64,000 nucleotides of DNA, taken from NCBI GenBank assembly GCA_030704615.1, contig CM060732.1:36146001-36210000 (forward strand), read 5' to 3'. Source of the stretch: Takakia lepidozioides (Eukaryota > Plantae > Bryophyta). Under the pieces are notes generated by a model. It saw nothing but the letters and a program-made list of their open reading frames with translations, had not been told where the DNA came from and did no database searches. The translations under genes and the position numbers were made by a program. Below are positions 36,693 through 49,773 of this stretch, piece by piece. The first letter of the stretch is position 1, and the number at the start of each line of letters is the position of its first letter.

Positions 36693-38687
36693 GCAGGTAC
36701 AGTGCTGACGAGGGAGGAGGCAGAAAGAGCCAAAGACGCAGGGGCTAAATTTCTCATGAGTCCGGTTGTCATCCAGGTGCAGCAGTGCCATCAACACTGA
36801 ACATCATTTTCTTTTATTGTGTGATCTGTCCAGCTTCCTAGAGGATGTACATTATCTTTGGCATCCAGTTTTTGTATCCAATTCAATTGTTCTTTGTTTC
36901 TATCCTTGTTTGTTGTGCAGATACATTTGTGGCGGGATGAATTAATCAGACATGGGTAGAAGGCCTTATTGCAGGACAATTCCATTACAGCTGCAAAGGC
37001 TTGTCTTTAATCATAGTAATCTACCTACTATCAATGGGATTGCAGCTGGCAACTGGGACAGCCATTGGCTTGTGAGATTTTGAGGATTCAGGGAATTATC
37101 AGATTGCAAGGAATGGGAGATTTAAGTTTGTCGGTTCATCTGTTGTAGGAGATTGTGCTTGCAACAATGGGCCTGTTCTCTTCATCCCTGGGGCCATGGC
37201 GAGCCATTTTTCTTCTCTTTTTATTACAATTGCAACGGATGCCCTTAATTTGTTTCGTGTGCTCAGCTGTGTTGGGTGCTGTTTTTCTGTGCTCTGCAAA
37301 TAATTGCCATAGCACTTGCACACAACCAACGGCACTCCAGTTACAGGGGATATAGTGTTTATTTGAAGGCTCCATATGAATCGTAGTAGTAAAACCAGAA
37401 CATCTACTGTAGTCCCCTTCCTGAATACGTGTGTGAAAGGTGGTTGTAGTTCCATTGTCATTCGCATTGTGGAGAACGAAGTGTATAGAGGCTAGGCACA
37501 AGTGAGAGAGGAAAGAAGGAAAGAAAAGAAAGAAATCTATTTTGTCCATGGAAGGCCGATGATGACATCAAAAGGGGAACACTGGGAGCCTCTGTTTGTT
37601 CTAGGGTGACTACATGGGGTAACCTCCAACATAAGCATATCCCATAGCTCCATACCATACTGCCTGAAAATCTACTGGGTACCACAAGGCTATATTTTAT
37701 GCTGGACACTGATAACCTCTCTTTTCGTGAAGATGTTGGTGAAGCTGTAAATTGTGGTGCAGTTACTATCGCTCTTAAATTTCACACTCCAAAGCCAATC
37801 GACCTTCTGACTAACAATTGCCCAACAATTGACAGAGTTGACTCACCTGGATTTTGGACTAGGTAGAACTGTCGTCGTCGAGCTACTATTCTGTCGTATC
37901 ATTACGATGAGCAAGTGCAAGGGGAAAAGGAATCATACAAGGGCGCATAAGAGGCTCGGCTTCTCGGTGTTGCAAGACAGAAGTAGAAGCAATTGGCGAA
38001 CCACAGCATTGGAAGAAGCATGAATCCAGCGTAGTAAAAGTTTCGAGCCAGCTTCAACGCCTCTCCCGTCTCGTACACTCCCAGAGGCCCATCGACCGTG
38101 GGCCATTGCACCCCTTGCTCTGGAGCCATTGAATCTCGGTCTCCTGCTCTCCCTCCACAAAATATGGATGGCAACTAAAGCCCCCCTGGAAGAAAACGAG
38201 GATTGTAATATTTAGCCCTACTTGTCATTCGCCCGTTATTTTACTAAAAGAGCATCAGCTCTGTAGGTAGCATCAGTTCCACAGAATATAGCCATGCTCG
38301 CAATCTTGCCACAGCACCCTAACCACTAGGCTCTCTATCTGAAGTAGGAACTTTGTGTTAACGGTTTAAATGGTTAACATGCCCGTATTTTTGCAGGTAT
38401 TGACTGCATTCAATTGGGGCGCTTCAATTGTGAAGGTATTGAGTGTCTCCATTCAAGTGACTGCACTGCAGAGGTTCTTAGTGAAACTTCAGAAGCAGCA
38501 ACTTAAAAGACATAGCAAGAACTCTGGATTCAGGACAATAGTATGTTCAATGGTTATACTAAGCATAAACTAACCTTCCCTGTGCAGATATATCCAATGT
38601 CACTTATTGGAGGTGTTCAATATGTCAGGACGCTGAGGAAGCCATTCTCACACATACCTCGTATTGCCTCCAATGGTGTTGGCTTGG
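36693..38687 (+). pseudogene. KDPG/KHG aldolase (Entner-Doudoroff aldolase family) exon relics
   Basis: Exons AGTVLTREEAERAKDAGAKFLMSP (36693-36776), frameshifted GPVLFIPGAM (about 37149-37198), VLTAFNWGASIVK (38397-38435) and IYPMSLIGGVQYVRTLRKPFSHIP (38588-38687). The first and last exons were not found. Confidence 0.75.
37780..38129 (-). pseudogene. PEN2: Gamma-secretase subunit PEN-2 relic
   Basis: WPTVDGPLG...ARNFYYAGFMLLPMLWFANCFYF, then a frameshift into VLQHREAEPLMRP followed by a gt donor. A second-exon relic VRRSIGFGV ends in a stop. Confidence 0.8.
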
Positions 38688-41600
38688 GTGAGTGAAGCAC
38701 TGTCAGAAGTATGCCCAGTGTCTGGTACTGCTCGTCTTAATGAGCATTCTTCACTACGGTACATGTTCTGAGGATTCAATGAAGCTCGAGCAGATGACAT
38801 TCGATTCCAGTCTATAACTTGATGTAGCTATGTGCAATTGATAGAGGCAACAGATGTGCCGTGGATAATCCTCAGGCCTTCAACTGTTGACAGCTCACCT
38901 ACCAGAAAGGCCAGCAGCCAGGCATTTTACACCTTGGTTTTGAGTTGTCGCTTCTCTGTAGTGTGAAAAGAAAGGGGCATAAATCACCTTCTAGTTAACT
39001 TCTAAACTATTCATTGCCGAAAGGGCGATGGGACTGCCCCTATGACTCGCTCCACAGGTAATAACTTCTACACTATTCATGACCAGAGATTGGGTACCCT
39101 CATCCACGCCGCAGCGGAAGAGAAGACATGGACAGGGCTGAAGTTCACCTGTTTAGTGACTTGATCCTTTTGGTAAACAAGGATTGCGTATGCCAGCTGG
39201 TTTGTCTGATGATGTTAATGCTTTGCAGACCAACTCAAAGCCAGGGTTAGCCAAAGCCTATGAGGGTTTCATCTTTCAGTACTTATGACAATCCATCCAT
39301 TTGATACTGCAATGATATCTGCTCTAATCAGCTGTCCGTATTCTCTCACATGACTCCTTTGCACTGGCAGAACATTGCAGATCCACTCATGGTTTTTCAG
39401 CATAGTCACCTTGCTGTGACTTTCCTCTTCCCTTGATGTAATGAATGCAGCTCACAACATGCTCTTACCTTCTATATTTCGTTCTCTCACAACCATCTGA
39501 AGGTGATATGCAATGCAGCCCATTTGTCAGTATAATGTGCTAGGCTACTTTCATGTATGACAGCATGTGTTCTATGACTATGATGACACAGCAGTTCCAT
39601 CATGGTATTTCCTCTCTCTCTTTCCAGATTATGCCAACCTTTTCAGCAGAATGATTGTGATGTACATCTCTCTCCCATCCTGTTGTTGTTCACTTCCTAC
39701 AAAATAAACCCAGGACAGTCAACCCTATGGGAGTATTCATACAATTGGTTCTACAGATGCAATGCAGAGCAAGAGCAGATCCTGTTGGTCCATAGGAGCA
39801 CTGTTTCATCATTGGAGACCTGACTCTCCACCATCGCAGGAACTGACATCCCTGCCCCTTATCAATGAACAACAATTAAACCAAAGCCCATAGTTCCTAC
39901 TTCTTCAACCTTGCTGAGTTTTCCATCTATCGTCAGTCATGTTGTTTGCTCTCTATCGTTGACTTGCTGGAGGCCTACTGATTCCATTTTCATCGCAAAT
40001 GTGAGATGAGGAAGGTTGTCTTTATTCTGCTTGTTTCCTGCAAGTAATGAGTGGGTCGTATGTGTTAGAACCATGTCATTACAGAACCAGTTAAAACAGG
40101 GTAAGAAAGGGTGATGATGACATGAATGTTGGTACTGTGTGATCTCGGCTAGCAGGCCTTCCAGTGAAAGCCGACTTCGCCACAGCCAGTAACGTTTACC
40201 ACATCCAGCTGCTGCGTATTCCATGCATGAATTCATTCGACTTCTGGGAGCGCTGTCCAGTTGGCGCATGCTGGAGACTCTGAGGAGACACACCAAATGT
40301 GTGGAAACACTTGCATTGCACAACAACACAAATGTGCTCATTTGGCCAGTATTCTGACATGGACCATAAACCCAATCTGACCACCAGTGGTTTTTGCTCA
40401 TGGCCTTTTCAAGTCACACTCACTGCACAAATTGGCACTGTAATATTACTGAAGACCCAATGATGTGATGTGGTCCAATGGTCGACACTATGTTGAGACT
40501 CATGTCCTGGCCCAAAGTAGTGGAACGAGCTTTCTTGGTCCCAGTCTCTTTTCAGTAGTGACACTACAAATCTGTTGAATTCAAAACGAAGTTTAGTCAG
40601 ATAGTGCAGGTAGTTGATGTTTTTCGATGGTTTCTGATGGTTTTTCGATACTTTTCTGCTTGGAACAGAGCGTTGTAGTCGTTGGAGGGGTCTCAGGGGA
40701 GCAAGAGAAGTCTTGAATGTGATTGAAGTAGTACATGTTGGGGTGATTATGATGCAAGTCCTTGCGTTTAGATTTGTGGTCATGAGGATTGGATGATGAA
40801 GTTGTTGATGGTGGACATGGTTGTGTTTGCAGTTGCATGCAGGATGCAGTCTTCTGTCGGATACTCACTTTGTACTATACAGCAAGCGTGTGGTTACGCC
40901 CAACGGCATGGGGCCATATGCAGGTTCTCTGCTACTCCTTGTCCTAGGGTTTAATTTTGCAATGTAGCAGATTCTAGATATCATGGTTTCGATCTGTTGA
41001 AGGTTTAATTATGTCAATGAGCGCCCCGCAAGCCCCACCCTCCTCCAAAAAAGCATTTAAATCTTGAGTTCTCAAAGACACGCTGCTGTGGATCGAGGAA
41101 AGCCGACACGATCGCCCTGCGTGTCATCGCCAACGCAGGTACCTTCATTCTTCTCGCTCTGCAATTTTTCACAGTTTCATCGGATCAATTAATCCTGATT
41201 ATGCGGTGAAAACTCCTGCTACTGACAAATGGTTTTGCTTACCACATTTCATATTAGACACGTTGTCCCCACAAACGGGGGATCACAGCTTGGGCTGCAA
41301 AACCTTGGATCCAAACATGGATGTCATGTGGAGGTCATGTGCACTTAGTCTTCACTAAACTTTCCTGAAGCACACATGAACTTGCCAGATTTAACTGGGG
41401 GTATCTAGATAGACGGGGCTGCTGCAGGAATATACAATAAAATGAGAAATACTCCGCCGAACCTCAGTCGAAAGTTGTTTGAAGATTCTGAGAGAAATGA
41501 GATCAGGCCTACATATTATAGTTCACAAGTCATACATCTTTTTCTTCATGCATAGATCTAAGATTTCGAAATCTGTTCACCTATTTTGTGCACATATCTT

Positions 41601-42487
41601 TTGCCTAATCTGCTTCTACCTTGATTTTGATTCTAGATGTGTAGACTCCTGTAGCTACCCTTGTCAGTTCAGTTTGATCTGGCTTGGACAAATTGCTTTC
41701 TTCTCCTTCTGCCCCCGGTGTTTCATTCAAATCATCTTAGGAGTCCTTCAGCTCTCTGATGTGTAAATGAGAATTTGTCAAAGGTTGCAAGTGAATATTT
41801 AATTTGAGCTCATGCCCTATTTGCAATAATCTTGAAATGTGGGTGCCCTGTGGGTGCAAGATTAGTAAGATTCTAGAAAGTAGTTCTCAAGAATACACCC
41901 ACGCTGCAAACCAAGTCTAGTTGATCCTCCAAAACAATGGGCAGAAACTTCAAATCATTGAGGCCCAGTATGTTTGAAACTACCATGTATACATTTGCAT
42001 TGATTTGGATCTGAAACAACACGTAATGTAACAGTGTACTACCTCATCGAGGCCCAATATATTTGACAGACATTTACAACCGATCATGAGTCCTATCACG
42101 CAATTAAACAGACTTAGCTCGACAACATTGAAAGTAAAAATAGAATTTATAGTCTGTCAATATTGAGTAAATATTACACATTTCAGCTGGCATATGCTGC
42201 CCGCACAAGGTATACACGTAGAAGTCCTGTAGAATAGATAACACTGGTGCCACCTCCTACAGTCATGACAAGTTCTAGCATCTGGCAGAGAGAGAGAAGA
42301 TAGAAATAAGAAGAACAACCAAATTACTAGATAGGCATCTTCATTAAAGAAGTGCAAAGATGCAGTGAGGCAACTTATTAGAGGCAAGTCCAGGAGAACA
42401 CTAGTACTAAATTGAGCAACTAACGATGGCATTGCGCCAAGCTAGTACATGCAGGCGGCTTTACGAACTGTGACATTGTTGCAATCT

Positions 42488-43370
42488 TCAATCAGTCAGT
42501 CTTCGGATGCATGTCTTGGTAATCAAAATCCTCAAAGAGCACTTCTTTGCTTCTGTCACCTTCTCTGGAATACAACCTGATGCACCATCTAATTCTGTCA
42601 CCTTGCATCCACCGGCTTCTGTGACGTTCCTTGAAGTGCAACCTGCTACGCCAACCAATTCTTTCACCTTGCAGGATCCACCGGCTTCTGTCACCTTCTT
42701 TGAACTGCATCCTGCTGCACCAACCAATTTTTTCACCTTGCAGCATCCACCGCGGGCTTTGGTCACCTTCTTTGAACTGCAACCTGCAGCACCAACCAAT
42801 TCTTTGATCACCTTGCAGCGTCCACCGGCTTCTCTCACCTTCTTTGAACTGCAACCTGCTGCACGAACCAATTCTTTTACCTTGCAGCATCCACCCTCTT
42901 CTGTCACCTTTGAACTGCTACTTGCTGCATCAACTAACTCTTTCACCTTGCATCCACCGGCTTCTTTCGTTTTCTTTGAAGTACAAGGTCCTGCTGCACC
43001 AACGTCCAACTCTTTCACCAGATTTGACGTGTAACCACCAGCTTCAGTACTCTCTGTGGAAGGCACCTGTCTCGGGTTGCATCCCACTCCAGACTCCGAA
43101 TCCAGAAAAGCCAAAAAAGCGTAATCACGAGAACGTCTCAACTGCTCCACTCTTGCTTGAAACGAAGGACGTTGGACTGGTGGCGAGAGCTTAACCCTCT
43201 TAGACTCTCCCCCTTTGATCGCAGATTTGGAGATTTCTTCTGACAAGAGAGGACGCTTCCTACCCATAGCTGCGAGCTCACGCTCCTTGGTCATGCCGCT
43301 TTTTGGCAGATTGCCCACGTTAGCCTCTGGAGCTGCTTCCCACAACCAAGTCAAATCCCGCAAATACTCT
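42488..43370 (-). pseudogene. SPT2-like chromatin protein N-terminal fragment followed by a tandem peptide repeat; coding status uncertain
   Basis: RVEQLRRSRDYAFL resembles the plant SPT2 KVxKLKxTRDYSFL motif. No SPT2 C-terminal domain is seen. Confidence 0.45.
42550..43050. repeat. About 63-69-bp minisatellite, about 7 copies (KVTEAGGCKVKELVGAAGCSSK on the minus strand)
   Basis: Recurring ttcaccttgca...ccaccggcttctgtcaccttctttgaactgcaacctgctgcaccaaccaatt. Confidence 0.9.
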
Positions 43371-43889
43371 TGTTTCCACATGATGCAGCTGTGCACAATC
43401 TTGTTCCTGGCGCACACCGCCCAACCCAATAAACTAGAACAGTACGCCCACAGTACACACACAAACTGCAGTTCGAGTGAGTGAATCAACGAACACACCT
43501 GCAGCGCTAAACCAGAGCGTGCAGAGAGAGAGGTGCGAGAATGAGATGAGGCTCGTTTACAAGTCATACTTGTATGTTTCCCAAATCTGTTCTCCTATTT
43601 TTATGCTCATCTACTTTTCGCATACCTTTTGCTTAATTTGCGTTTACCTCCTTTTTCATACATACATGTCCACAACCTGCTTTTCCTCATTTGGGTGTTG
43701 ACACCCAATTTGGTCTAATTACGTGTCCACACACTAACTCGACGCTTCGGACATGACTGAATCAGTGAATGTGAATGCGTGAATATTCCACTTCACATCC
43801 AAAACACTTCTAAGATAATTTAAATCACATCGATTGAAGCTCTAGACTCTGTAGGCACCCTTCTCAATTCCCCCGATCTACTTTCTATG

Positions 43890-44168
43890 CCACTGAACAC
43901 TTCTTCTTCTACTGCCCTCTATACTACGAGAGATCCGTGGGAGATTCCACTGTTTATTCAGTGGAACCCAATTTCTCACTGAAGTCTTCCAATAGGAGGA
44001 TCAAAAATGCTTGGCAGCCTACCTGCACGAGGCCTTCACCCTTAGACAATCGCTAGAACATTAATTGTTATTCTTGGTTTCTGGATTTGTTCCTCTCATG
44101 TTTTCTTCCATTTTGTCCCATGAGCTTTCCGTGGACGTTATAAAGCACCATTTCATTTCATTTCATTA
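43890..44168 (+). mobile_element. 3' fragment of LINE family B
   Basis: TEHFFFYCPLYYE, then a 3' UTR ending gagctttccgtggacgttataaagcacc(atttc)3. Matches 3088-3330 in inverted orientation. Confidence 0.8.
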
Positions 44169-45785
44169 TGCCTTCTTCTCCCTTGCCCTGTTTCAAATCA
44201 TCTCACCAGTGCTTGGGGCCGGAACTTGGAAGCTTTTGGCTTTACTAAAAAGTTCTCTAGGCTGAAGGATTGGACCATGCATAGTCGGTAAATGATAAGC
44301 AAGAAAAGCTACAATCCTAAACAAACACAACCCAACGACTAGAAAATCCCAATTTCACAAATCTAAATCACCACCAGCCACCTCCCGCGTCGAGAAAGCG
44401 ACCGTCATTCGCAAGAGAATCCATTCCACAAACCTTCGAGACTCACATGCACCACTCACTTATTCTCTCGCTTATTCTTTCATTCCTTCCCGGATAAGTT
44501 TAGCTGTGTAAGTTCCCCGATTTCTGTGTTGCAGAATCTCGTCAACATGAGCGTGGTTCTCTCGTTCTCTCCTCTTGCACATCATGAACCAAATCCCACC
44601 CGTTGATGGCGAATCCTTCAAGTGGTGAGACGTTAGGGTTTCTGTAGCACATGCAGGTTTGAAGTCTAACTAATGGTAGCCATGGATGCAATCGAATCCG
44701 GGGAACAAGAGAATAAGTTGGGAATTGATTCTCAGGCTGTGTCATGTGCCGGACGTGACCCGCCTCTCCTCCTGGGGTTGAAATTTTCTAACAGTTAGTT
44801 CCTCTAGATTCCTTCTAGTAGCGGGGGAGCTTCTGCTAGATTGTGTTTTGGAATGCGAAGAGTGTCTTGAAGTCTGGTTTTTTTCTCTTATCAGAGAAGC
44901 ATCTCTTAACGATGGTGCAGAATTAATTGAGATCGGAGTCAGGTCGGTTTTGAGGAGAATAATTTGGAACCATGTACACTCAACATGCAATCAGATCGTT
45001 CGCACTTACTTAGCACAGTTTGTCCAAAAGTCCGAACTGCTCATCCAAATTGGAAGCTGTAAAAGATCTGACTCTCTTTTCTTTGTCCAACTATGACAAA
45101 ATTTCAGGCGCTTTGCTTGGTTTGCTGTTCACAGGGAATTTACCAAAACTCCAAGGAAAACTGATTGCTCGGGATTTTGTTTCAACCGGACTCTCATCTA
45201 TATCTGAATTCCAGCCAAGGCCCTATTCTTATTCCACTTCCCTCATTTACAAATTCACAGATCGATCAAGTGATCGTCACTCCTACTCTGACCTGATTCC
45301 TTGTTCAAAAGATCTCCCTGTCAACCTATGTACTCATCTCATGCCATTCTATCTATGCACAGTACTGGACTACGATGTCCAGTCCGCCCCTCCACCACAC
45401 CGTGCATCAACACATTCTATCACCATAGACCAGTGCAGATCGATCATTTTTCTTCTTCTCACGACCTCTTTTTCTGCTCACCAAAAAGCACAGCACCGGC
45501 TACGTCCGGTCCGCCCAGCCACCACGCCATGCTACGCTAGTTTCCTGTCAATACATATCTGCTCTAGATGCATGTACACCATCATTCTTTTCTCTTCTCC
45601 ACTCTTGCCATCTCCAAGCCCACTTTTTTAAATCCCTAATCGTGGATCTGTTCGTGAACGCGAGCCTGCTCTATTCGACCTACAACTGTCAGTTCGGCGG
45701 TCTTCTAGCAGTCACTTGCTTCGCCAAACTGGTCGACAGGTCTCGATCTTTGTTCAAGGCACCTAACAGAAGCTCTCCTGACCTG

Positions 45786-45892
45786 CATCAACAATCCAGA
45801 ATTGACACAACTAGCATGAACAGTCCTAAATTGACAAAAGCAACAACAATCCAGAATTGGCACAAGCATCAACAATCCAGAATTGACAGTAA
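45786..45892. repeat. About 26-29-bp tandem repeat, 4 copies
   Basis: gcatcaacaatccagaattgacacaa and variants. Confidence 0.85.
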
Positions 45893-46421
45893 ACATCGGA
45901 ATTCAACAAGAACACTTGCGTTGATGTCAAATTACTGGTTGAAGTTGAATTTCCCATCAGGATAATAAATAAAAAGGTCAGATGGGGGGTGTCGTGAGGG
46001 TAGGTTTCCCCATGCTGGCGCATGCAACCACATATAATCATCGATCCTGGACTAAGCAAAGCGTCTGGGGTGGCTGGTTCTCTGACCCCACGATTGATTC
46101 TTTTTTTTTTGCATTCAATCACATATACTCATTGATCCTGGGCCTAGCAAACCTTATGGGATGGCAGAGAACCACTGATTATCTGAGAGACGAACACAGA
46201 CACACATACTCATCGAATCTTTGGCCTGGAAAAACGTATGGGGTGACTGCTTCTCTGACCCCGTCTGTGCATCCTCCAGATGTATTGCTGCATTTTACTC
46301 CATGAAAGCTGGAAGGCGAAACAACTACATGACTCTTTCATGGTTTCATGAACACTGCAGTTTAGGGTCTTCGACGCTAGAAAACTAATCGATTCTTCAC
46401 TTTCTAAGACGTGAACAATAT

Positions 46422-46982
46422 GTAGAGCAATTTCATTCGGCCCGGTTAATTCTAGAGTGGTCCAGGAATTAGCGTGGTCCAGGAGTTAAAAGAGGGGGCC
46501 AATGTATTAAGGCCACTTGTATTATTTAATGAAATGAAGGGTCCAAAAATTAAGGAGTGACTTTCTAGCGTGGGCTTTCTAGATAGTTCTAGTTCTAGCT
46601 GACTTTCTAGATAGTTCTAGTTCTAGTTGACTTTCTACATAGTTCCAGTTTCTAGATACTTCTACTAATATGTCGGTCCGGTGAGAAGCAACTGACTAGT
46701 TGTTTGTAACTTGTGTCTTCAACATGCTGGCACATGCACTAGTAGTGTGTCTCACTAGTGGTTTGAGAGCCAGAGCGAGCGTGAGTAGTTGTTTGCTATG
46801 TTGGGGGTCGGGCCAGGCATGGCAAGTAGGATCAAAGTGGCTGCAAGAGGGAAAGACAAGGTGGCAGAGGGTGCAGAGAAGTTCATAGAGGCAAGTGTTA
46901 CTATCGGTCCCCTTTATTCCACTTGTTCACAGATTTAGTGACACTCACCCTGCATTTTAGTGACTGGTGGCTTCTTGTATAG
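46422..46982 (-). mobile_element. MITE copy lacking one TIR, inverted relative to 47112-47698
   Basis: Begins atat|GTAGAGCAATTTC and is the reverse complement of most of 47112-47698. Confidence 0.85.
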
Positions 46983-47111
46983 CAACCTGCAGTAGGTTGA
47001 CTCTCGGTTCTCATTTCTGCAACTCTTGCGTTACCCACTTTTCAAACTTTCTATACTTTATTAATAAAGTTTGACGCTCGACCATCCAACAATTAAAAGA
47101 AATCTCAATAT

Positions 47112-47698
47112 GTAGAGCAGTTTTAACTGAGGCTATACACTAAACAACCACCAGCCACCAGTCACTAAAATGCATGGTGAGTGTCGCTAACTTTGTGAAC
47201 AAGTGGAATAAAGGGGACATGATGTGACGTCGATATCTGCTCCACCCACGCCGATAGTAGCACTTGCCTCTATGAACTTCTCTGCACCCTCCGCCACCTT
47301 GTCTTTCCCTATTGCAGCCACTTTGAACCTGCCTGCCATACTTGGCCCGACCCCCAACATAGCAAACAACTACTCACGCTCGCTCTGGCTCTCAAACCAT
47401 TAGTGAGACACGCTACTAGTGCCTGTGCCAGCATATTGAAGACACAAGTTACAAGCAACTAGTTAGTTGCTTCTCACCGGACCGACCTATTAGTAGAAGT
47501 ATCTAGAAATTGGCAAGTCAACTAGAACTAGAACTATCTAGAAAGCCCACGCTAAAAAGTCAATCCTTAATTTTTGGACCCTTCATTTCATTAAATAATA
47601 CAAGTGGCCTTAATACATTGGCCCCCTCTTTTAACTCCTGGACCACGCTAATTCCTGGACCACTCTAGAATTAACCGGGCCGAATGAAACTGCTCTAC
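47112..47698 (+). mobile_element. Complete 587-bp MITE with 12-bp TIRs and a 4-bp ATAT target-site duplication
   Basis: atat|GTAGAGCAGTTT...AAACTGCTCTAC|atat. Confidence 0.88.
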
Positions 47699-48249
47699 AT
47701 ATTAGCCTCAAAAGTGGCAGAATACGTCACATTTGCCTACTTTTCACGATCTCTACGTCACACCTGTTTTCAAGATCTCAGTTTGAGTGAATGCGACTGG
47801 GAGCAATATCGTCAATTGTGGTTCCCTTTGGAGAAGGTACAACTTCACTCGCGTCGCCCAGTGTTGCGCTTTCGTTTGGTGGTAAGCACACGACTAGGAG
47901 CTCAGCGGTTAGGAGTTTCAAAGCAATGGGAGTTCTCTGGGGTTGGAAGCGTCTCCGCAGGGTTTAAGGCCTTTGAGTTGTGGAGCTCGCGTTCGGTCGC
48001 GGCGGAGGGCGAGTGGCAGCTGTGGGATCTCTTGGTAAGGGCTCTTGCTCTTCTACCCACATCATGATTTCTTTGCGATGGTCTTAACAGATTGGCTGCC
48101 ATCGACTGTAGATTACGTCTCATACATCTCTCATACATCTTGTTTCAGACTTAGTTTTAGGTTAGAATTATATGCTATCATCATAGCATGAATGAAGAGA
48201 TGGACCGACTCTTATGAGTGAAGTTGAGTTTACATACACAGGAGAGGAG

Positions 48250-49325
48250 ATGTCGATTGCCACCGCCACTGGGGGGGGGATATCAGTCCCATAACTGGCT
48301 TGCCGCATTGGGAGACCATACCAGACGACATACACGGCGCCATCAAGGAAATCAAGGCTGCATTGTGGGAGCGAATTCAAGAGAATGGTCGCACGGTCGA
48401 GGAGGTGGTGGACAAAATCAAAGAGTTTCTCCTCGCTAAGATTGAAAACATTAAGGCCACCAAGGCTCGTGGGGAGGAAGTGTGGCCCATCATCGACTTC
48501 GCCAACATCGAGAACGGGAGGGTGAGCGAAGAATCCATAGCCCAGCTCTGACGGCGCAGCTGCGTCATGATCCGCGGCCACTTCGACCGCGCCTAGGCTG
48601 AGAAGTGGGACGCCGATGTTGTCGACTACGTTGACTCCAACCAGTTCTTCCAAACCCACTCCGGCCCCGCAGACGACTTCTTTGACATCCTGGACATGTC
48701 GAAACCGGAGATCTACCCGATCTATTGGTCTAGCACGCAAATGCAAGCTCGTCAACATCCCCGCATGGACACGGTGCAGAAATTCTTAAACTCCCAGTGG
48801 AAGTATGAATCCGAGGGGAAGACATGGTTTGACCCGAACCGCTACAGCCTCTACCCGGATCGAATCAGGCGTTGTCCACTAGGAACAAACTCCAACGGCT
48901 TGGGTACGCATCTGGACCCGGCGACTTTGGAATATATGTGGATGACTGAAGGCTATCAGCAATTCTTCTGTCATCTCTTTGCAGACGATTTCGCATCCTA
49001 CGACCCATGGGACGCGTCCCACCGGACGGAGGCCACGCAATACTCCGGCTCCACGATGTGCTCTGCGTTTCGGACGTTCCGGGGATGGACGACGCTTAGT
49101 GAGATGCAGAATGAGCAGGGTGTGCTGCATGTCGTCCCCATCCCCAAGGTGATGGCGTACTTGATATTGCGGCCGTTGTTGAGCGATGTTGCTGAGGATG
49201 ATATGTGCGGAGTGAACATCAACCGTGTCTTTTCTGTTACTAAGCAATGGCATGAATTCCTAATGGAAGCGGTATCACCTATCCCAAGCATCCAGCCAGG
49301 GGACTCAGTCTGGTGGCATTGTGAT
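48250..49325 (+). pseudogene. ybiU: Bacterial-type YbiU/DUF1479 (Gig2-like) oxygenase-fold gene; intronless coding region, two stops, 3'-truncated
   Basis: Collinear with E. coli YbiU as remembered: VWPII, IRGHF, PEIYPIYWS, QMQARQ, ESEGKTWF, YPDRIRR, YDPWDASHRTE, CSAFRTFRGWT, LHVVPIP, LRPLL and GDSVWWHCD. Stops at 48549 and 48594; ends abruptly after WWHCD. Confidence 0.92.
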
Positions 49326-49773
49326 ACGGCGTGCGCCCAGCCCCGTGAGCCTGGGAGCTGAGCTCTCGCTTGGATGACATGGCGTGAGCCCAGGCTCCCT
49401 CTGCATGACGTGACGTTCACACCACGTAAGCGTAAGCGTCCACCATGTCAGCAGATCTCATAACACATTTGGCAAAAGATAAGATACCTATACCCGAGGG
49501 ACCTATAACGTGGGAATACACATTTACAGTATGCCGACTTATGCTGCATATTCCAAACAAACCGACAATGAAAAGAGACTCATTGACTACAACGTTGTGC
49601 AATCTACCAACTTAAGCTGCATATTGCAAACAAACCGACACTAAAAAGAGACCCGTCTGGGTTCACTTCCCTTTCCCCTTCCCTTTGCCTCTCCCCTCAC
49701 CTGCAGGTCCTTTTTTGTCTTTCGAGAGAATGATCGGAGCCGGTGTACTAGTCAGGCAAAAAAAAATATTTGC

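Noticed and set aside
44540-46310. ORFs of 80-203 aa
   Set aside because: No recognisable motifs or consistent exon structure, and partly repeat-derived.
48241-48249. Shine-Dalgarno-like GGAGAGGAG before the ybiU ATG as a sign of bacterial contamination
   Set aside because: It abuts the ATG with no spacer. The gene carries stops, is truncated by a plant-type repeat and is flanked by eukaryotic sequence.
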